A DNA stretch of 64,000 bases from an uncultured candidate division WWE3 bacterium. GTDB taxonomy: Bacteria > Patescibacteriota > WWE3 > UBA101185 > UBA10185. The notes below the pieces were generated by a model, which ran no database searches, had not been told where the DNA came from, and saw only the letters and a list, made by a program, of their open reading frames with translations. Each line of letters starts with the position of its first letter. Within the stretch, counting starts at the first letter, position 1. The stretch spans positions 90,371 to 154,370 of the forward strand of contig CALKWN010000065.1 of NCBI GenBank assembly GCA_938004185.1, in the 5' to 3' direction. The translations under genes and the position numbers were made by a program. This document shows positions 37,926 through 47,379 of the stretch, piece by piece.

Positions 37926-38597
37926 ATGATCATAAATGTATACAAACCTAAAGATTGGACAAGTTTTGACGTGGTAGCAAAAACGCGGGGTATCTTCCGT
38001 GAGAAAAAGGTCGGCCATGCCGGTACCTTAGATCCCCTCGCCGAAGGAGTTTTAGTTGTACTTACGGGAAATGATACTAAAAAGCAGGAACAATTTATGA
38101 AAATGAAAAAAGAGTACGTCGCTGAAATTGCCTTCGGTGCCGTATCTCCCAGCTACGACATGGAATTTGTACCCGAATTTACGGGAAACACCGATATAAC
38201 GGAATTACAGAACATTTTATCCGTCTTTACCGGAAAGATTACCCAAATCGTACCGCCTTACTCAGCAAAAAAGATTGAGGGCAAAGAAATGTATAAATTA
38301 GCCAGAAAAAATATTGAAATTCCGGTGCAGTACAAAGAGGTAGAAATTTTTTCGTGCGACGTCGTTAATCAAGAAATCAGGGAAGTTGAAACCTCGGACG
38401 GTAAAAAACCGCTTCCCTGCTCTACTCTAAGGGTTGAATGCTCTTCGGGAACTTACATAAGGTCTCTGGCACACGAAATGGGTGAGAAATTGGAAACGGG
38501 AGCCGTTTTACTGAATCTTGTAAGAACCGCCGTAGGACCCTATCGCGTAGAGGATGCCGTTAAAATCGAAGATCTTCCTTCTCTACAGTCTCGGTAA
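37926..38597 (+). CDS. truB: tRNA pseudouridine55 synthase TruB
   Basis: VYKPKDWTSFDVVAKTRGIFREKKVGHAGTLDPLAEGVLVV. Confidence 0.85.
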   Translation: MIINVYKPKDWTSFDVVAKTRGIFREKKVGHAGTLDPLAEGVLVVLTGNDTKKQEQFMKMKKEYVAEIAFGAVSPSYDMEFVPEFTGNTDITELQNILSVFTGKITQIVPPYSAKKIEGKEMYKLARKNIEIPVQYKEVEIFSCDVVNQEIREVETSDGKKPLPCSTLRVECSSGTYIRSLAHEMGEKLETGAVLLNLVRTAVGPYRVEDAVKIEDLPSLQSR

Positions 38598-39459
38598 CAA
38601 CCCTCAAAATACCGGTTTTCTTTGCGATCGCGATAAAAATTCCGACGAAAACGCTGTAAAGTACATACGAAATTGTCGCGTAAAGTTGAAAAACCCCGAA
38701 CATCAGCACAGCTATAACCGGCCTTACCAATTCTTTATACGGTTCGATAGCGGAATTAACCTGTTCTTCTATCATCGATTTAATATCAACATCAACGCTA
38801 GAAGCATCGGGGGCGGCACTTAATCCCGTTTCAAGACCGTATTGTTTTAAAAGTTCATTTACCTCTTCTTCAGTGTACCCCGAATATATTGTCTGATTTT
38901 CAATAGTTTCCTGAAGCTGCGTATTTACCGAGTTTTTTATCGGTTTTTCGGCTACAGTCGCGACCATTTTTCCGAAATCCAAATCCTTTATGTTGTTTGA
39001 GCCGAGAATAATTATTAAACCCGCCAAAATACTGAATACTAAAAGAATTCCCTTGGCGGCAAACCTTAACACAAGCAAAGCCTCAAACTTTATTAAGATC
39101 TTTTTTATTCTGTAACTTCGGTAAGATTCAAGTGTAATTACGATAAAGGCTATTCCCGCCGCAATTATTGCGTACGTAGGTTGGTAAGCTAAAAGAGGAA
39201 TCATTATCCCCGAGGCAATTGCCAGTGGAGACAAGATATTAAAGTACCAAACTTCCCACGCGCCGACCGTGAGCGAATATGTAAGTATTAGCAATGCCAT
39301 GAGACCTACAATTTGTGCGCTGAATTGCAGATTAATATTGAAAAAATCTCCCTCACCGACATAGTTATTTATAAGAGTTGTAAGTAAAAAAGATTCTCCA
39401 AATAAAACTACTACCAAGAAAAAAAGTTTCACATAATAAACCCAGCTTCTCATATACAT
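38560..39459 (-). CDS. hypothetical polytopic membrane protein
   Basis: Multiple hydrophobic helices. No recognisable motif. Confidence 0.35.
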   Translation of the reverse strand: MYMRSWVYYVKLFFLVVVLFGESFLLTTLINNYVGEGDFFNINLQFSAQIVGLMALLILTYSLTVGAWEVWYFNILSPLAIASGIMIPLLAYQPTYAIIAAGIAFIVITLESYRSYRIKKILIKFEALLVLRFAAKGILLVFSILAGLIIILGSNNIKDLDFGKMVATVAEKPIKNSVNTQLQETIENQTIYSGYTEEEVNELLKQYGLETGLSAAPDASSVDVDIKSMIEEQVNSAIEPYKELVRPVIAVLMFGVFQLYATISYVLYSVFVGIFIAIAKKTGILRVVTETVEKEDLRF

Positions 39460-39501
39460 TTATCGTACATTTATTTTCTTTTATAGTAAATGACGCCCGT
39501 A

Positions 39502-39882
39502 TTAATGGTGGTGTTCTGCGGCATCTGCCTCTGCCTTGGTTTTATGTATTGTTCCGTCGGCATGTTCGGCAGGACTGTAAATGGTGTACAGCTTCATCAC
39601 TTCTGTTTCCGAAGTATTAATTATGTTGTGTTCTGTCCCTGCGGGAATAACTATCGCAAAATCGTCGGCAATAGAAAATGTCTCTCCGTCAAGAATTGCC
39701 TGACCGGTGCCCTGCTCTATCCTTATAAACTGATCGATGTGGTTGTGAATTTCGGTGCCGATTTCTTCACCGGGCTGTAAGGACATTACTACTAGCTGAC
39801 TAAATTCATTTGTGGTTAATACTTTTCGAAAATTTTCATTCGATAATGTTTCTTCCATTATATTTGTTACAAGTTTTGCCAT
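39502..39882 (-). CDS. cupin-domain protein
   Basis: Two-His-containing cupin motif pattern (GTEIHNH...GTEHNI). Confidence 0.55.
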   Translation of the reverse strand: MAKLVTNIMEETLSNENFRKVLTTNEFSQLVVMSLQPGEEIGTEIHNHIDQFIRIEQGTGQAILDGETFSIADDFAIVIPAGTEHNIINTSETEVMKLYTIYSPAEHADGTIHKTKAEADAAEHHH

Positions 39883-40020
39883 AAATTTTCTCCTTTATAC
39901 AAATTTTATACACATACACTTTAACTTTTATATCTGTTTAGTTCAAGTTGAGAGGTTTTATGTTGCGACATAGGGAAAGAAAAATATTGTAACTATATAA
40001 AGAATAAGTAATATTTATCT

Positions 40021-42537
40021 ATGCGCTTCGCAAAATATACTGCCCTTACCCCTGAGAAGTGCGCTTCACTTTTAGGCGGAGATTTAGTTCGCGGTCTCAC
40101 TCAACGGCAGCTTAATTACAATCTTAAAAAATACGGTGCAAACACTTTGCCGGATCACTCTGTTTCTTGGTTTAAGGTCTTAATAAGACAATTTCAGTCG
40201 CCGTTTATTTACATTTTATTTTTCGCGGCCTTCATTTCACTTTTACTAAAAGAAACAACCGACGCATTTTTTATCGCGGTGTTCGTATTTATAAATACAG
40301 TGTTAGGTTTCTTTCACGAATACCGTTCGGAAAAAACCGTACGTTTGTTAAAAAAGTATATTGCTTACGATGCCCATGTAATAAGAGGTGGTATGGCAAA
40401 AAGTTTAGATACCAAAGATTTGGTTGTAGGGGATCTTGTAATTTTAGAAGCCGGTGACATAGTTCCGGCCGATATAAGACTGGTAAGCACAAATGACTTT
40501 TCGGTCAACGAATCCGGCTTAAGCGGAGAATCCATTGTAATAGCAAAGAAATCAACCCCCATGAAAAGAAGTGCAGACCACATTTTTACTGCCGAGAACA
40601 TTGTTTTTTCAGGAACAAGTGTAGTAAGCGGTCACGCAAAAGGATTGGTAATTGCAGTAGGAAAGGACACCCAGCTGGGTAAAATTTCAGGTCTTGCGAC
40701 CGAAACCGCGCGCGAAGGAGCTTTTGAAAAAGATTTAAAAAAGCTAAGCGGGTTCATTTTAAAATTGGTCTTCTCTACCCTACTGCTGGTTTTTATATTA
40801 AATATTTTTGTAAAAACAGACAGCGCCGATATTATTAAGCTTTTACTGTTTTCAATCGCCCTTGCCGTTTCCGTTATACCCGAAGCATTACCTGTTGTAA
40901 CCACATTCGCACTTTCAAACGGAGCATTAAATCTTGCAAAAAACAAAGTTGTAGTAAAAAGGCTGGCATCGATCGAAGATCTTGGTTCGATAGAAGTTTT
41001 ATGTTCCGACAAAACCGGAACACTTACCGAAAACAAACTTGAAGTCCGTGAAGTACTATCTTCCGACATGGGGAAAACATTATTTTACGCAGGTATATGC
41101 AGCTCGGAAATCTTAGATAAGAAAAATGCAACTAATTCATTTGATTTGGCAATTCATGAAAAACTAACCGACAAGGCTCGTGATTTAATGAACAAAGTTC
41201 CTAAAATTATGGAACTTCCTTTCGACCCGGAAAGAAAAAGAAACAGTGTTTTTGTTCAGCTCGGTTCTTCTTATGAGCTTATTGTACGGGGGGCTCCTGA
41301 AGTAATTCTCGATTGCTCGCCTTTAAAAGCCACAGATAAACAGCAGGCGATGAACTGGGTGGCCGCCAGGGGTAGGTTGGGTGAAAGAGTTTTAGCCGTT
41401 GCATCTAAAAAACTCAAAAAGCCCGGAGATTACAGCCCTAAATTTGAAGAGACAGGCCTTGAAATTATCGGATTAATTTCATTTAGTGACCCGTTAAAAA
41501 AATCCACGGTTGCAGCTGTTAGAAAAGCACAGAGGCTGGGTGTTGAAATTAAAATTCTTACAGGAGATAGCAGGGAAATCGCGGGTGCTGTTGCGTTTAG
41601 CGCAGGTTTATCTAATTCTCCCGAAGAAGTTATGACCGGACCTGAGTTAGAAAAACTTAGCCCGGCCGAGCTCGCGGATGTGTGCATGAGATACAGCGTA
41701 TTTGCCCGCGTCTCTCCAGAACAAAAATACAAAATAATTCAAACACTTAAAAACTTTTACTCCGTTGGTTATCTTGGAGAAGGAATAAACGATGCGCCTG
41801 CATTAAAAGTTGCGAATGTCGGAATAGTTGTAAAGGACGCCAGCGATATTGCCAGAGAATCAGCTGACTTAATTTTACTTCACAAAAGCTTAGACGTTCT
41901 TGTCGACGGTGTTCAGGAAGGAAGGAAAGTTTTTGCCAACGTTTCAAAATATATCCGCGCAACCCTGGCTTCAAATTTCGGAAATTTTTACGCGGTCGCG
42001 ATTTCAACTTTATTTATAGATTTTTTACCTATGCTTCCCGTGCAGCTTCTTTTGTTGAATTTGTTAAGTGATTTTCCGATGATTGCAATTTCAGGTGACA
42101 ATGTAGATAGTGCAGAACTTCAAAAGCCGTCAAAATTTAATTTAAGACAGTTTGCGATTGTTGCTACCCTGCTGGGTCTGGTAAGCACCATATTCGACCT
42201 TTCAGTTTTCGGGCTATTCTATGGAAAAGGAGAAGCCACACTTCAGACTTATTGGTTTATTTCTTCCGTGATAACTGAGCTTGTGTTTATTTATTCAATA
42301 AGAACTAAAGGATGGTTCTTTAAAGCGAAGCAATCCTCCACCGCGCTGGCGGTTTTGTCGATTACGGCTCTGGTTGTTACGCTTGCACTGCCGTTTTCGG
42401 TTTTGGGACGGGTGTCCTTTAACTTTGTAACACCCGAACCTTATTATCTCGGGGTATTAGCTTTGGTAGTACTGGGATACTTCACGGTTTCGGAAATCGT
42501 CAAGAAACTTTACTTTTCCAGAGCTGAAGCTAATTAA
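40021..42537 (+). CDS. P-type cation-transporting ATPase (type II/III-like)
   Basis: CSDKTGTLTEN phosphorylation motif, GEGINDAPAL hinge motif, and about 10 TM segments. Confidence 0.85.
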   Translation: MRFAKYTALTPEKCASLLGGDLVRGLTQRQLNYNLKKYGANTLPDHSVSWFKVLIRQFQSPFIYILFFAAFISLLLKETTDAFFIAVFVFINTVLGFFHEYRSEKTVRLLKKYIAYDAHVIRGGMAKSLDTKDLVVGDLVILEAGDIVPADIRLVSTNDFSVNESGLSGESIVIAKKSTPMKRSADHIFTAENIVFSGTSVVSGHAKGLVIAVGKDTQLGKISGLATETAREGAFEKDLKKLSGFILKLVFSTLLLVFILNIFVKTDSADIIKLLLFSIALAVSVIPEALPVVTTFALSNGALNLAKNKVVVKRLASIEDLGSIEVLCSDKTGTLTENKLEVREVLSSDMGKTLFYAGICSSEILDKKNATNSFDLAIHEKLTDKARDLMNKVPKIMELPFDPERKRNSVFVQLGSSYELIVRGAPEVILDCSPLKATDKQQAMNWVAARGRLGERVLAVASKKLKKPGDYSPKFEETGLEIIGLISFSDPLKKSTVAAVRKAQRLGVEIKILTGDSREIAGAVAFSAGLSNSPEEVMTGPELEKLSPAELADVCMRYSVFARVSPEQKYKIIQTLKNFYSVGYLGEGINDAPALKVANVGIVVKDASDIARESADLILLHKSLDVLVDGVQEGRKVFANVSKYIRATLASNFGNFYAVAISTLFIDFLPMLPVQLLLLNLLSDFPMIAISGDNVDSAELQKPSKFNLRQFAIVATLLGLVSTIFDLSVFGLFYGKGEATLQTYWFISSVITELVFIYSIRTKGWFFKAKQSSTALAVLSITALVVTLALPFSVLGRVSFNFVTPEPYYLGVLALVVLGYFTVSEIVKKLYFSRAEAN

Positions 42538-43232
42538 AGTTTTGAAATAGAATACTCAGCTCTCAGAACAGGTTTTTCTATTGTTCCTCCGTACACTGTT
42601 AATGTATTTCCAATTCTTACAATGTCGCCGTGCTCACTTTTTACGGGTTTTAGTTGAAGCGCCGTTTTATATTTGTTAACCCTTAGGTAACCGCTAAGTT
42701 CAATTAAATTATTTTCGTAATCTTGGTAGAGGGCCGGAATATCATAAAGTGATAAATATTGTTCATCTAACGTACCCCTGTATCCGTTTAAAGTTACAAC
42801 CTTATCGTTCGGAAGAAATTCCATATCAAGTAGTGTTGAGGTACCCCACACATCGAAAGTGTTTATTACGCCGGTTTCAGTTGAAAATATTCTGATCCAA
42901 AGGTCCACTCCGCCCATTACATCTGCAAACATAAGGTACTTGCCGGAGTCGGAAACTATATACTTGGACGGCATTCCGCATTTTACCGAGCCGTCACCGA
43001 GCTCGCCTATTTTATGATTCAAGCCGTTCTCGTCTTTAACTATTATGTCGCAATCATCGAACAGCACTTGTTTTATTGTGTTTATTTTTTTATCTACGAT
43101 CACATTTTTTGTTGACGGAAATTTGTTTTTCGGAAAGAGTTTGTTTTTAATTATCGGGAAGTACGGCGAGACGCTAAGAACTACAGCGGCAATTACCGCA
43201 ACTATAACGAACTTTTTTTCGATGGGTTTCAT
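42534..43232 (-). CDS. hypothetical secreted/membrane-anchored protein
   Basis: N-terminal hydrophobic segment. No motifs. Confidence 0.3.
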   Translation of the reverse strand: MKPIEKKFVIVAVIAAVVLSVSPYFPIIKNKLFPKNKFPSTKNVIVDKKINTIKQVLFDDCDIIVKDENGLNHKIGELGDGSVKCGMPSKYIVSDSGKYLMFADVMGGVDLWIRIFSTETGVINTFDVWGTSTLLDMEFLPNDKVVTLNGYRGTLDEQYLSLYDIPALYQDYENNLIELSGYLRVNKYKTALQLKPVKSEHGDIVRIGNTLTVYGGTIEKPVLRAEYSISKL

Positions 43233-43284
43233 GGATTAATTGTACATTAAAAGTTTTAGGTAGCGGATTTTAAGATGAAGTTTA

Positions 43285-43361
43285 TGGTGGGCGGTAATGG
43301 ACTCGAACCAATGACCTCCACAATGTCAATGTGGCGCTCTAACCAGCTGAGCTAACCGCCC
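43285..43361 (-). tRNA. tRNA-Val (anticodon GAC), CCA encoded
   Basis: Manual cloverleaf: GGGCGGT/ACCGCCC acceptor, GCTC/GAGC D-stem, CCACA-TTGACAT-TGTGG anticodon arm, TTCGAGT T-loop. Confidence 0.8.
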
Positions 43362-43403
43362 TAAGTATTTTTTATCTAACGTGCATCTAATCTACATTGA
43401 GCA

Positions 43404-43464
43404 GTGGCGCTCTAAGTTCGCCTTCGGCGAAGTTTGCTGACGCAAAGTCAGCTGAGCTAACCGC
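43404..43464 (-). pseudogene. tRNA-Val 5-prime-part pseudo-copy interrupted by a 34-nt double-hairpin insertion
   Basis: GCGGTTAGCTCAGCTG and TTAGAGCGCCAC match tRNA-Val positions ~3-31. They are split by the insertion (GCTGAC-GCAAA-GTCAGC and TTCGCC-TTC-GGCGAA hairpins). No T-arm or 3-prime half. Confidence 0.4.
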
Positions 43465-43472
43465 TGTCAACG

Positions 43473-44108
43473 TCACTTTTTCTTCGGTTGCATTATCTTG
43501 TCAATCAAACCGTACTTCAAAGTTTCTTCAGCACTCATCCAGTAATCACGTTCCATGTCCTTTAACACTTCTTCAACCGGCTTACCTACATTATCTGCTG
43601 TAATCTGAGCCAACTTGTGTTTAAGTTCTACCATATGTTTTGCTTCGATTTCAATATCGGTAGCCTGCCCCTGCAAGCCTCCAGAAATTATGGGTTGGTG
43701 AATCATTGCGTAGGTATTAGGCAAAGCATATCTTTTTCCCTTAGTGCCGCTGGCTAAAAGCAGTGAGGCCGCGCTGGCCGATAAACCGACATTTATAGTT
43801 ACTATGTCGTTTTTCACGTGTTTTATGGTGTCGTACATGGCGATTCCTGCGTAGACTTCTCCGCCCGGGCTATTAACGTATACTTTTATATCGCGCTCGG
43901 AATCCTGGTTTTCCAAAAACAAGAGCTGGGCAATAAAAGTGTTGGCAACTCCCATGTCGATGGGGCCGGTCACAAAAACTATAAAGTCCTTTAAAAGTCT
44001 TGAATAAATATCGTAGGAGCGTTCCATTCCGCTCGGTTCTTTTTCTACGACTATAGGAACTAAATTGTTATTTATGCTCATGGTGTTTTTCTCCTTCTGC
44101 TTCTTCAA
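43473..44108 (-). CDS. clpP: ATP-dependent Clp protease proteolytic subunit
   Basis: ClpP fold motifs including YVNSPGGEVYAGIAMYDTI. Confidence 0.9.
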   Translation of the reverse strand: MKKQKEKNTMSINNNLVPIVVEKEPSGMERSYDIYSRLLKDFIVFVTGPIDMGVANTFIAQLLFLENQDSERDIKVYVNSPGGEVYAGIAMYDTIKHVKNDIVTINVGLSASAASLLLASGTKGKRYALPNTYAMIHQPIISGGLQGQATDIEIEAKHMVELKHKLAQITADNVGKPVEEVLKDMERDYWMSAEETLKYGLIDKIMQPKKK

Positions 44109-44967
44109 TTAACTTAGTAATAAGTTTATTTTTCTGCAAAACACTTTTTATGTAAAGTCTCTGCATAGGATCTTCGGCTTTTACAAGCTTCGGGTCTCCC
44201 GCGACTTTTATCATTTCTTCCACTTCTTCATCGGAAACTTCGATGTTTTCTTTTTTAATTAATTCTGAGAGGACAAATTCGGATTTAATGTTATTTTCGG
44301 CAATTTTCTCGTAATCTTTTCTTAACTGCTCTCCGGTTTTATTTTGGGATTTTAGATACTGTTCCAACGAGAGCCCTATTGACTGTGCCTGATCCATAAA
44401 TCTGGACAGGAGTCTGTCGGTTTCGTCTTCGAGTATAATATCCGATACTTCCATTTCGGTTGCGGCCAATAACTCTTCCAACACGTCGGAAGTGGACATG
44501 TGAACATGAGGTTCGGCGGCCTTTTCACCTTCTTTAGTGTTCTTTTTAATCTCCTCTTCGGCGTCCTTATACTTTTTATCGAATTTTTGTTTGAGTTTCT
44601 CTTTGTACTCGCCGATTTTTATTTCGGGCCTGATAGCTACGGTTGCGGTAAATTCAAGGTCTTTTTCGGGGTCAAACACTTCAATTTCAACCTTAGGATT
44701 GGACACTGGTACTACAAGGTTTTCCTTTAAAGCTTGGGGATAGTAGGTTTCAAGAAGATCGTTTATCACGTCTCCGTAAAGCTTAGACTCCCCTATTTTC
44801 TCTTTCACTATGTCTTTGGGCGCAGTCCCGGGTCTGAAACCCTCGATTTTTGCTGTTTTAACGGCTTCATCAAGCGTTTTTTCGTAGGCTTTTTTTACAG
44901 AATCAGCCTCGATAGTAACGGTCAATTTTACTGTAGATTTAGGTAGTTTTTCGATTTTGGTTTTCAT
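44068..44967 (-). CDS. tig: trigger factor (short form, ~299 aa)
   Basis: N-terminal ribosome-binding domain similarity (GFRPGTAPK). Conserved tig-clpP order. The length implies loss of the PPIase/C-terminal portion. Confidence 0.7.
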   Translation of the reverse strand: MKTKIEKLPKSTVKLTVTIEADSVKKAYEKTLDEAVKTAKIEGFRPGTAPKDIVKEKIGESKLYGDVINDLLETYYPQALKENLVVPVSNPKVEIEVFDPEKDLEFTATVAIRPEIKIGEYKEKLKQKFDKKYKDAEEEIKKNTKEGEKAAEPHVHMSTSDVLEELLAATEMEVSDIILEDETDRLLSRFMDQAQSIGLSLEQYLKSQNKTGEQLRKDYEKIAENNIKSEFVLSELIKKENIEVSDEEVEEMIKVAGDPKLVKAEDPMQRLYIKSVLQKNKLITKLIEEAEGEKHHEHK

Positions 44968-44999
44968 AGCCTGCTAATATTATCATATGGTGCGGGTTT

Positions 45000-46286
45000 T
45001 TACATAGATTCCGCACCTGCGGTTTCGATAAGCTCTTTTTGTGGCATTTTTATCTTTCTAGGTACTACGAGTAGACACATAATAGATATTATTAATAGAA
45101 TCAGTCCTATAGTGGCAAAAGCTTTATGCGCTCCCAATGAAACTGCCAGTCCTCCGGCAAGAGGTGGACCTATTATGTATCCGATGCTTACGGCCGATTG
45201 TTCCAAACCTATCATGTCGTTTCTGAACTTTCCCAGCCTTGAAACATAATCTTCGTAAGCTGCATAAAGTGCGGGTGTTGCCAAAGACAAAAAAACAGAG
45301 CTTATAAAAACAAGAATAAGCAGAAGGTAAACTCCGTTTAAAAATCCGAAAAGTGATATAAGTGCGGACGCAACAAGGGCGCTTACAAAAGAAGTTCTCT
45401 TTTTACCGAATTTTGCTGAAATTTTCGGAATCGCAAAACCCATAAAAACAGGAGGTATCATGTAAGCCGTTAGCAAAAAACCTCCCACAGGATCCGTAGC
45501 TTTTAGTTCCTCTGCAAAAAGTACTCCAACCGACCAGAAAGAGGCATCCACTAAGGTTGCTGCGAGAGTAAATAGCCATAATGGCCAAACCTTTCCCATG
45601 AGAGTAGCCCAAACCCTCATTGTCCTTAAAAATGAGTGTCTGTCGTTTTCTGATTCCGGTTCTTTTACTTGCTCGTGTTTCTTTTTTGTTCTCGAATTTA
45701 AAAAAAGGAAAACAATATAGGCGCCTACAAAAAATATTAAAGAGGCCGACAGCGAAAGTTTTAGGGAATAAACGATTATAAAGGTTGCGATAAGGGGCCC
45801 CAATAAATACGCAAGAGAATTATTTACACTTATAAGGCCCCACGATTTTGCATAATCACTCTTTGGAACATGTTTATCTATAAAGTGAAACTCAGCAAAA
45901 ATTTTCGTTTCGTAGTAAATGCCCCAAAAAATCATTGCCAACAGGACAAATATTTTGAATGGCGGAAGAAAAATTAATGTAATTGGAAGAAGCACCGCAA
46001 ATAGAACAGTCATCTTTACAAAGTAGGCATAAGGTTTGTTAGGCATTCGCTCACTTGCCAACAGATCGTATATCAAACCGGCCATTGATGACGCCGACAT
46101 AACAAGCCCCACCATAAAAGTGTTGTGAAGAGCACTTTCGAGAAAAACCGGAACAGTGTAGGCGATTATTGCATCTCCCAGTGTTATTAGAAATATTAAA
46201 GCAGCAAATAAAGGAAAGGACGCCGAAGTTTGTCTGCTGAAAACCGCACTTTTTATGGCGGTATGCAAACTTGATTTTGTTCTCAT
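45000..46286 (-). CDS. MFS transporter
   Basis: About 12 predicted TM helices. Confidence 0.65.
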   Translation of the reverse strand: MRTKSSLHTAIKSAVFSRQTSASFPLFAALIFLITLGDAIIAYTVPVFLESALHNTFMVGLVMSASSMAGLIYDLLASERMPNKPYAYFVKMTVLFAVLLPITLIFLPPFKIFVLLAMIFWGIYYETKIFAEFHFIDKHVPKSDYAKSWGLISVNNSLAYLLGPLIATFIIVYSLKLSLSASLIFFVGAYIVFLFLNSRTKKKHEQVKEPESENDRHSFLRTMRVWATLMGKVWPLWLFTLAATLVDASFWSVGVLFAEELKATDPVGGFLLTAYMIPPVFMGFAIPKISAKFGKKRTSFVSALVASALISLFGFLNGVYLLLILVFISSVFLSLATPALYAAYEDYVSRLGKFRNDMIGLEQSAVSIGYIIGPPLAGGLAVSLGAHKAFATIGLILLIISIMCLLVVPRKIKMPQKELIETAGAESM

Positions 46287-46377
46287 AGTTTAATTGTATG
46301 TGATATTGGATTTTTTATGAATGGGTGTTTTTGTGTTGGATTTAAATATACGTGGCTACTAGAATAACACGTAAGTG

Positions 46378-46758
46378 CTATCGGACAGAATATTTTTTAA
46401 AAACAGATGCTATTTCTTTGTGTCCCACAACGTTGTTAGCAACATCTAGCCCCAACATTGATAGTTTTTTTTGTGGAATATTTATTTGTACATCATTTAG
46501 CTCCAAAAAAGTAAGCGCCGCATATAAACCTGTTCTCTTGTTTCCGTCAACGAATGGGTGGTTTTTAATTATTGAATACGCCAGTACCGCTGCTTTTTCA
46601 TGGAGCGTTTTGTACATGTCCGCACCGGATATATTTGTAGCAGGTCGATTCATTGCAGACTCGAGTAAAGGAAGATTAAGTAACCCGTGTTTACCGCCAA
46701 ATCTTTCTATTTGGTAATCGTGGAGAGCTAGGACTTCTTCGACACTTAGATATCTCAT
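46378..46758 (-). CDS. Fic/Doc family toxin
   Basis: HPFVDGNKRTG Fic motif. Confidence 0.8.
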   Translation of the reverse strand: MRYLSVEEVLALHDYQIERFGGKHGLLNLPLLESAMNRPATNISGADMYKTLHEKAAVLAYSIIKNHPFVDGNKRTGLYAALTFLELNDVQINIPQKKLSMLGLDVANNVVGHKEIASVFKKYSVR

Positions 46759-46991
46759 TCTTTAGCTAATTCTTTAAAGGCTTCTTGATACCTATCAGCG
46801 AGAGACTCGGCAACCTTCAAAAATTCCGGAGAAACATTACCGGAATCTTCCTTCTCTATTAACAGCTTGTTCTGAATTTGTTCAACAAATACCTCAGTTC
46901 CAACTCCTATATTGAGTTTTTCAAGTATGTGACTTGGAATAATCAATCCTACGGAATTTCCTATTTTTTTAAGTTTTTGTGCGTATTTCAT
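46755..46991 (-). CDS. AbrB/MazE-fold antitoxin (Phd-like partner of Doc)
   Basis: KIGNSVGLIIP swapped-hairpin motif. 4-nt overlap with the downstream doc gene. Confidence 0.65.
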   Translation of the reverse strand: MKYAQKLKKIGNSVGLIIPSHILEKLNIGVGTEVFVEQIQNKLLIEKEDSGNVSPEFLKVAESLADRYQEAFKELAKE

Positions 46992-47038
46992 AGTAATAAC
47001 ATGTTATAACATGTGGAGATTTAAGTCAATTGTATTAT

Positions 47039-47059
47039 TGGTGGGCGAGAGAGGACTCG
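47039..47059 (-). repeat. 21-nt direct repeat of the tRNA-Leu(TAG) 3-prime end (T-loop C56 to CCA), att-like
   Basis: tggtgggcgagagaggactcg is identical at 47039-47059 and 47220-47240. Confidence 0.8.
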
Positions 47060-47162
47060 GTCACGTGTCTCAACATCTTGTAGTTCGCTAGCGCTCGCAC
47101 AATCTGTAAAGCTCGCGACCCCGTCTCCTTCGCTACGCTCAGTCCGACATTCTCGTCCTCTC

Positions 47163-47214
47163 TCAAAATAAAAAGTTCCCGCTAACCTTTCGTAAACTCA
47201 AGGCTAACGGGAAC
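47163..47214 (-). terminator. candidate intrinsic terminator downstream of tRNA-Leu(TAG)
   Basis: Minus-strand hairpin GTTCCCG...CGGGAAC with inner GCCUU/AAGGU pairing, followed by UUUUUAUUUU. Confidence 0.45.
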
Positions 47215-47219
47215 TTTCA

Positions 47220-47304
47220 TGGTGGGCGAGAGAGGACTCGAACCTCCAATCCTTTCGGAACACGGTTCTAAGCCGTGCGCGTATGCCAGTTCCGCCACTC
47301 GCCC
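47220..47304 (-). tRNA. tRNA-Leu (anticodon TAG), type II with long variable arm, CCA encoded
   Basis: Manual fold: GGGCGAG acceptor, CACGG-CTTAGAA-CCGTG anticodon arm, long variable arm, GGAGG-TTCGAGT-CCTCT T-arm. Confidence 0.85.
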
Positions 47305-47379
47305 ATGTAACTCTATTTTCTTATTTGTTTTTAAATCTGCTTTTTTCGTCCGCACGTCTTACGCCCTGTCGGTCCAAAA

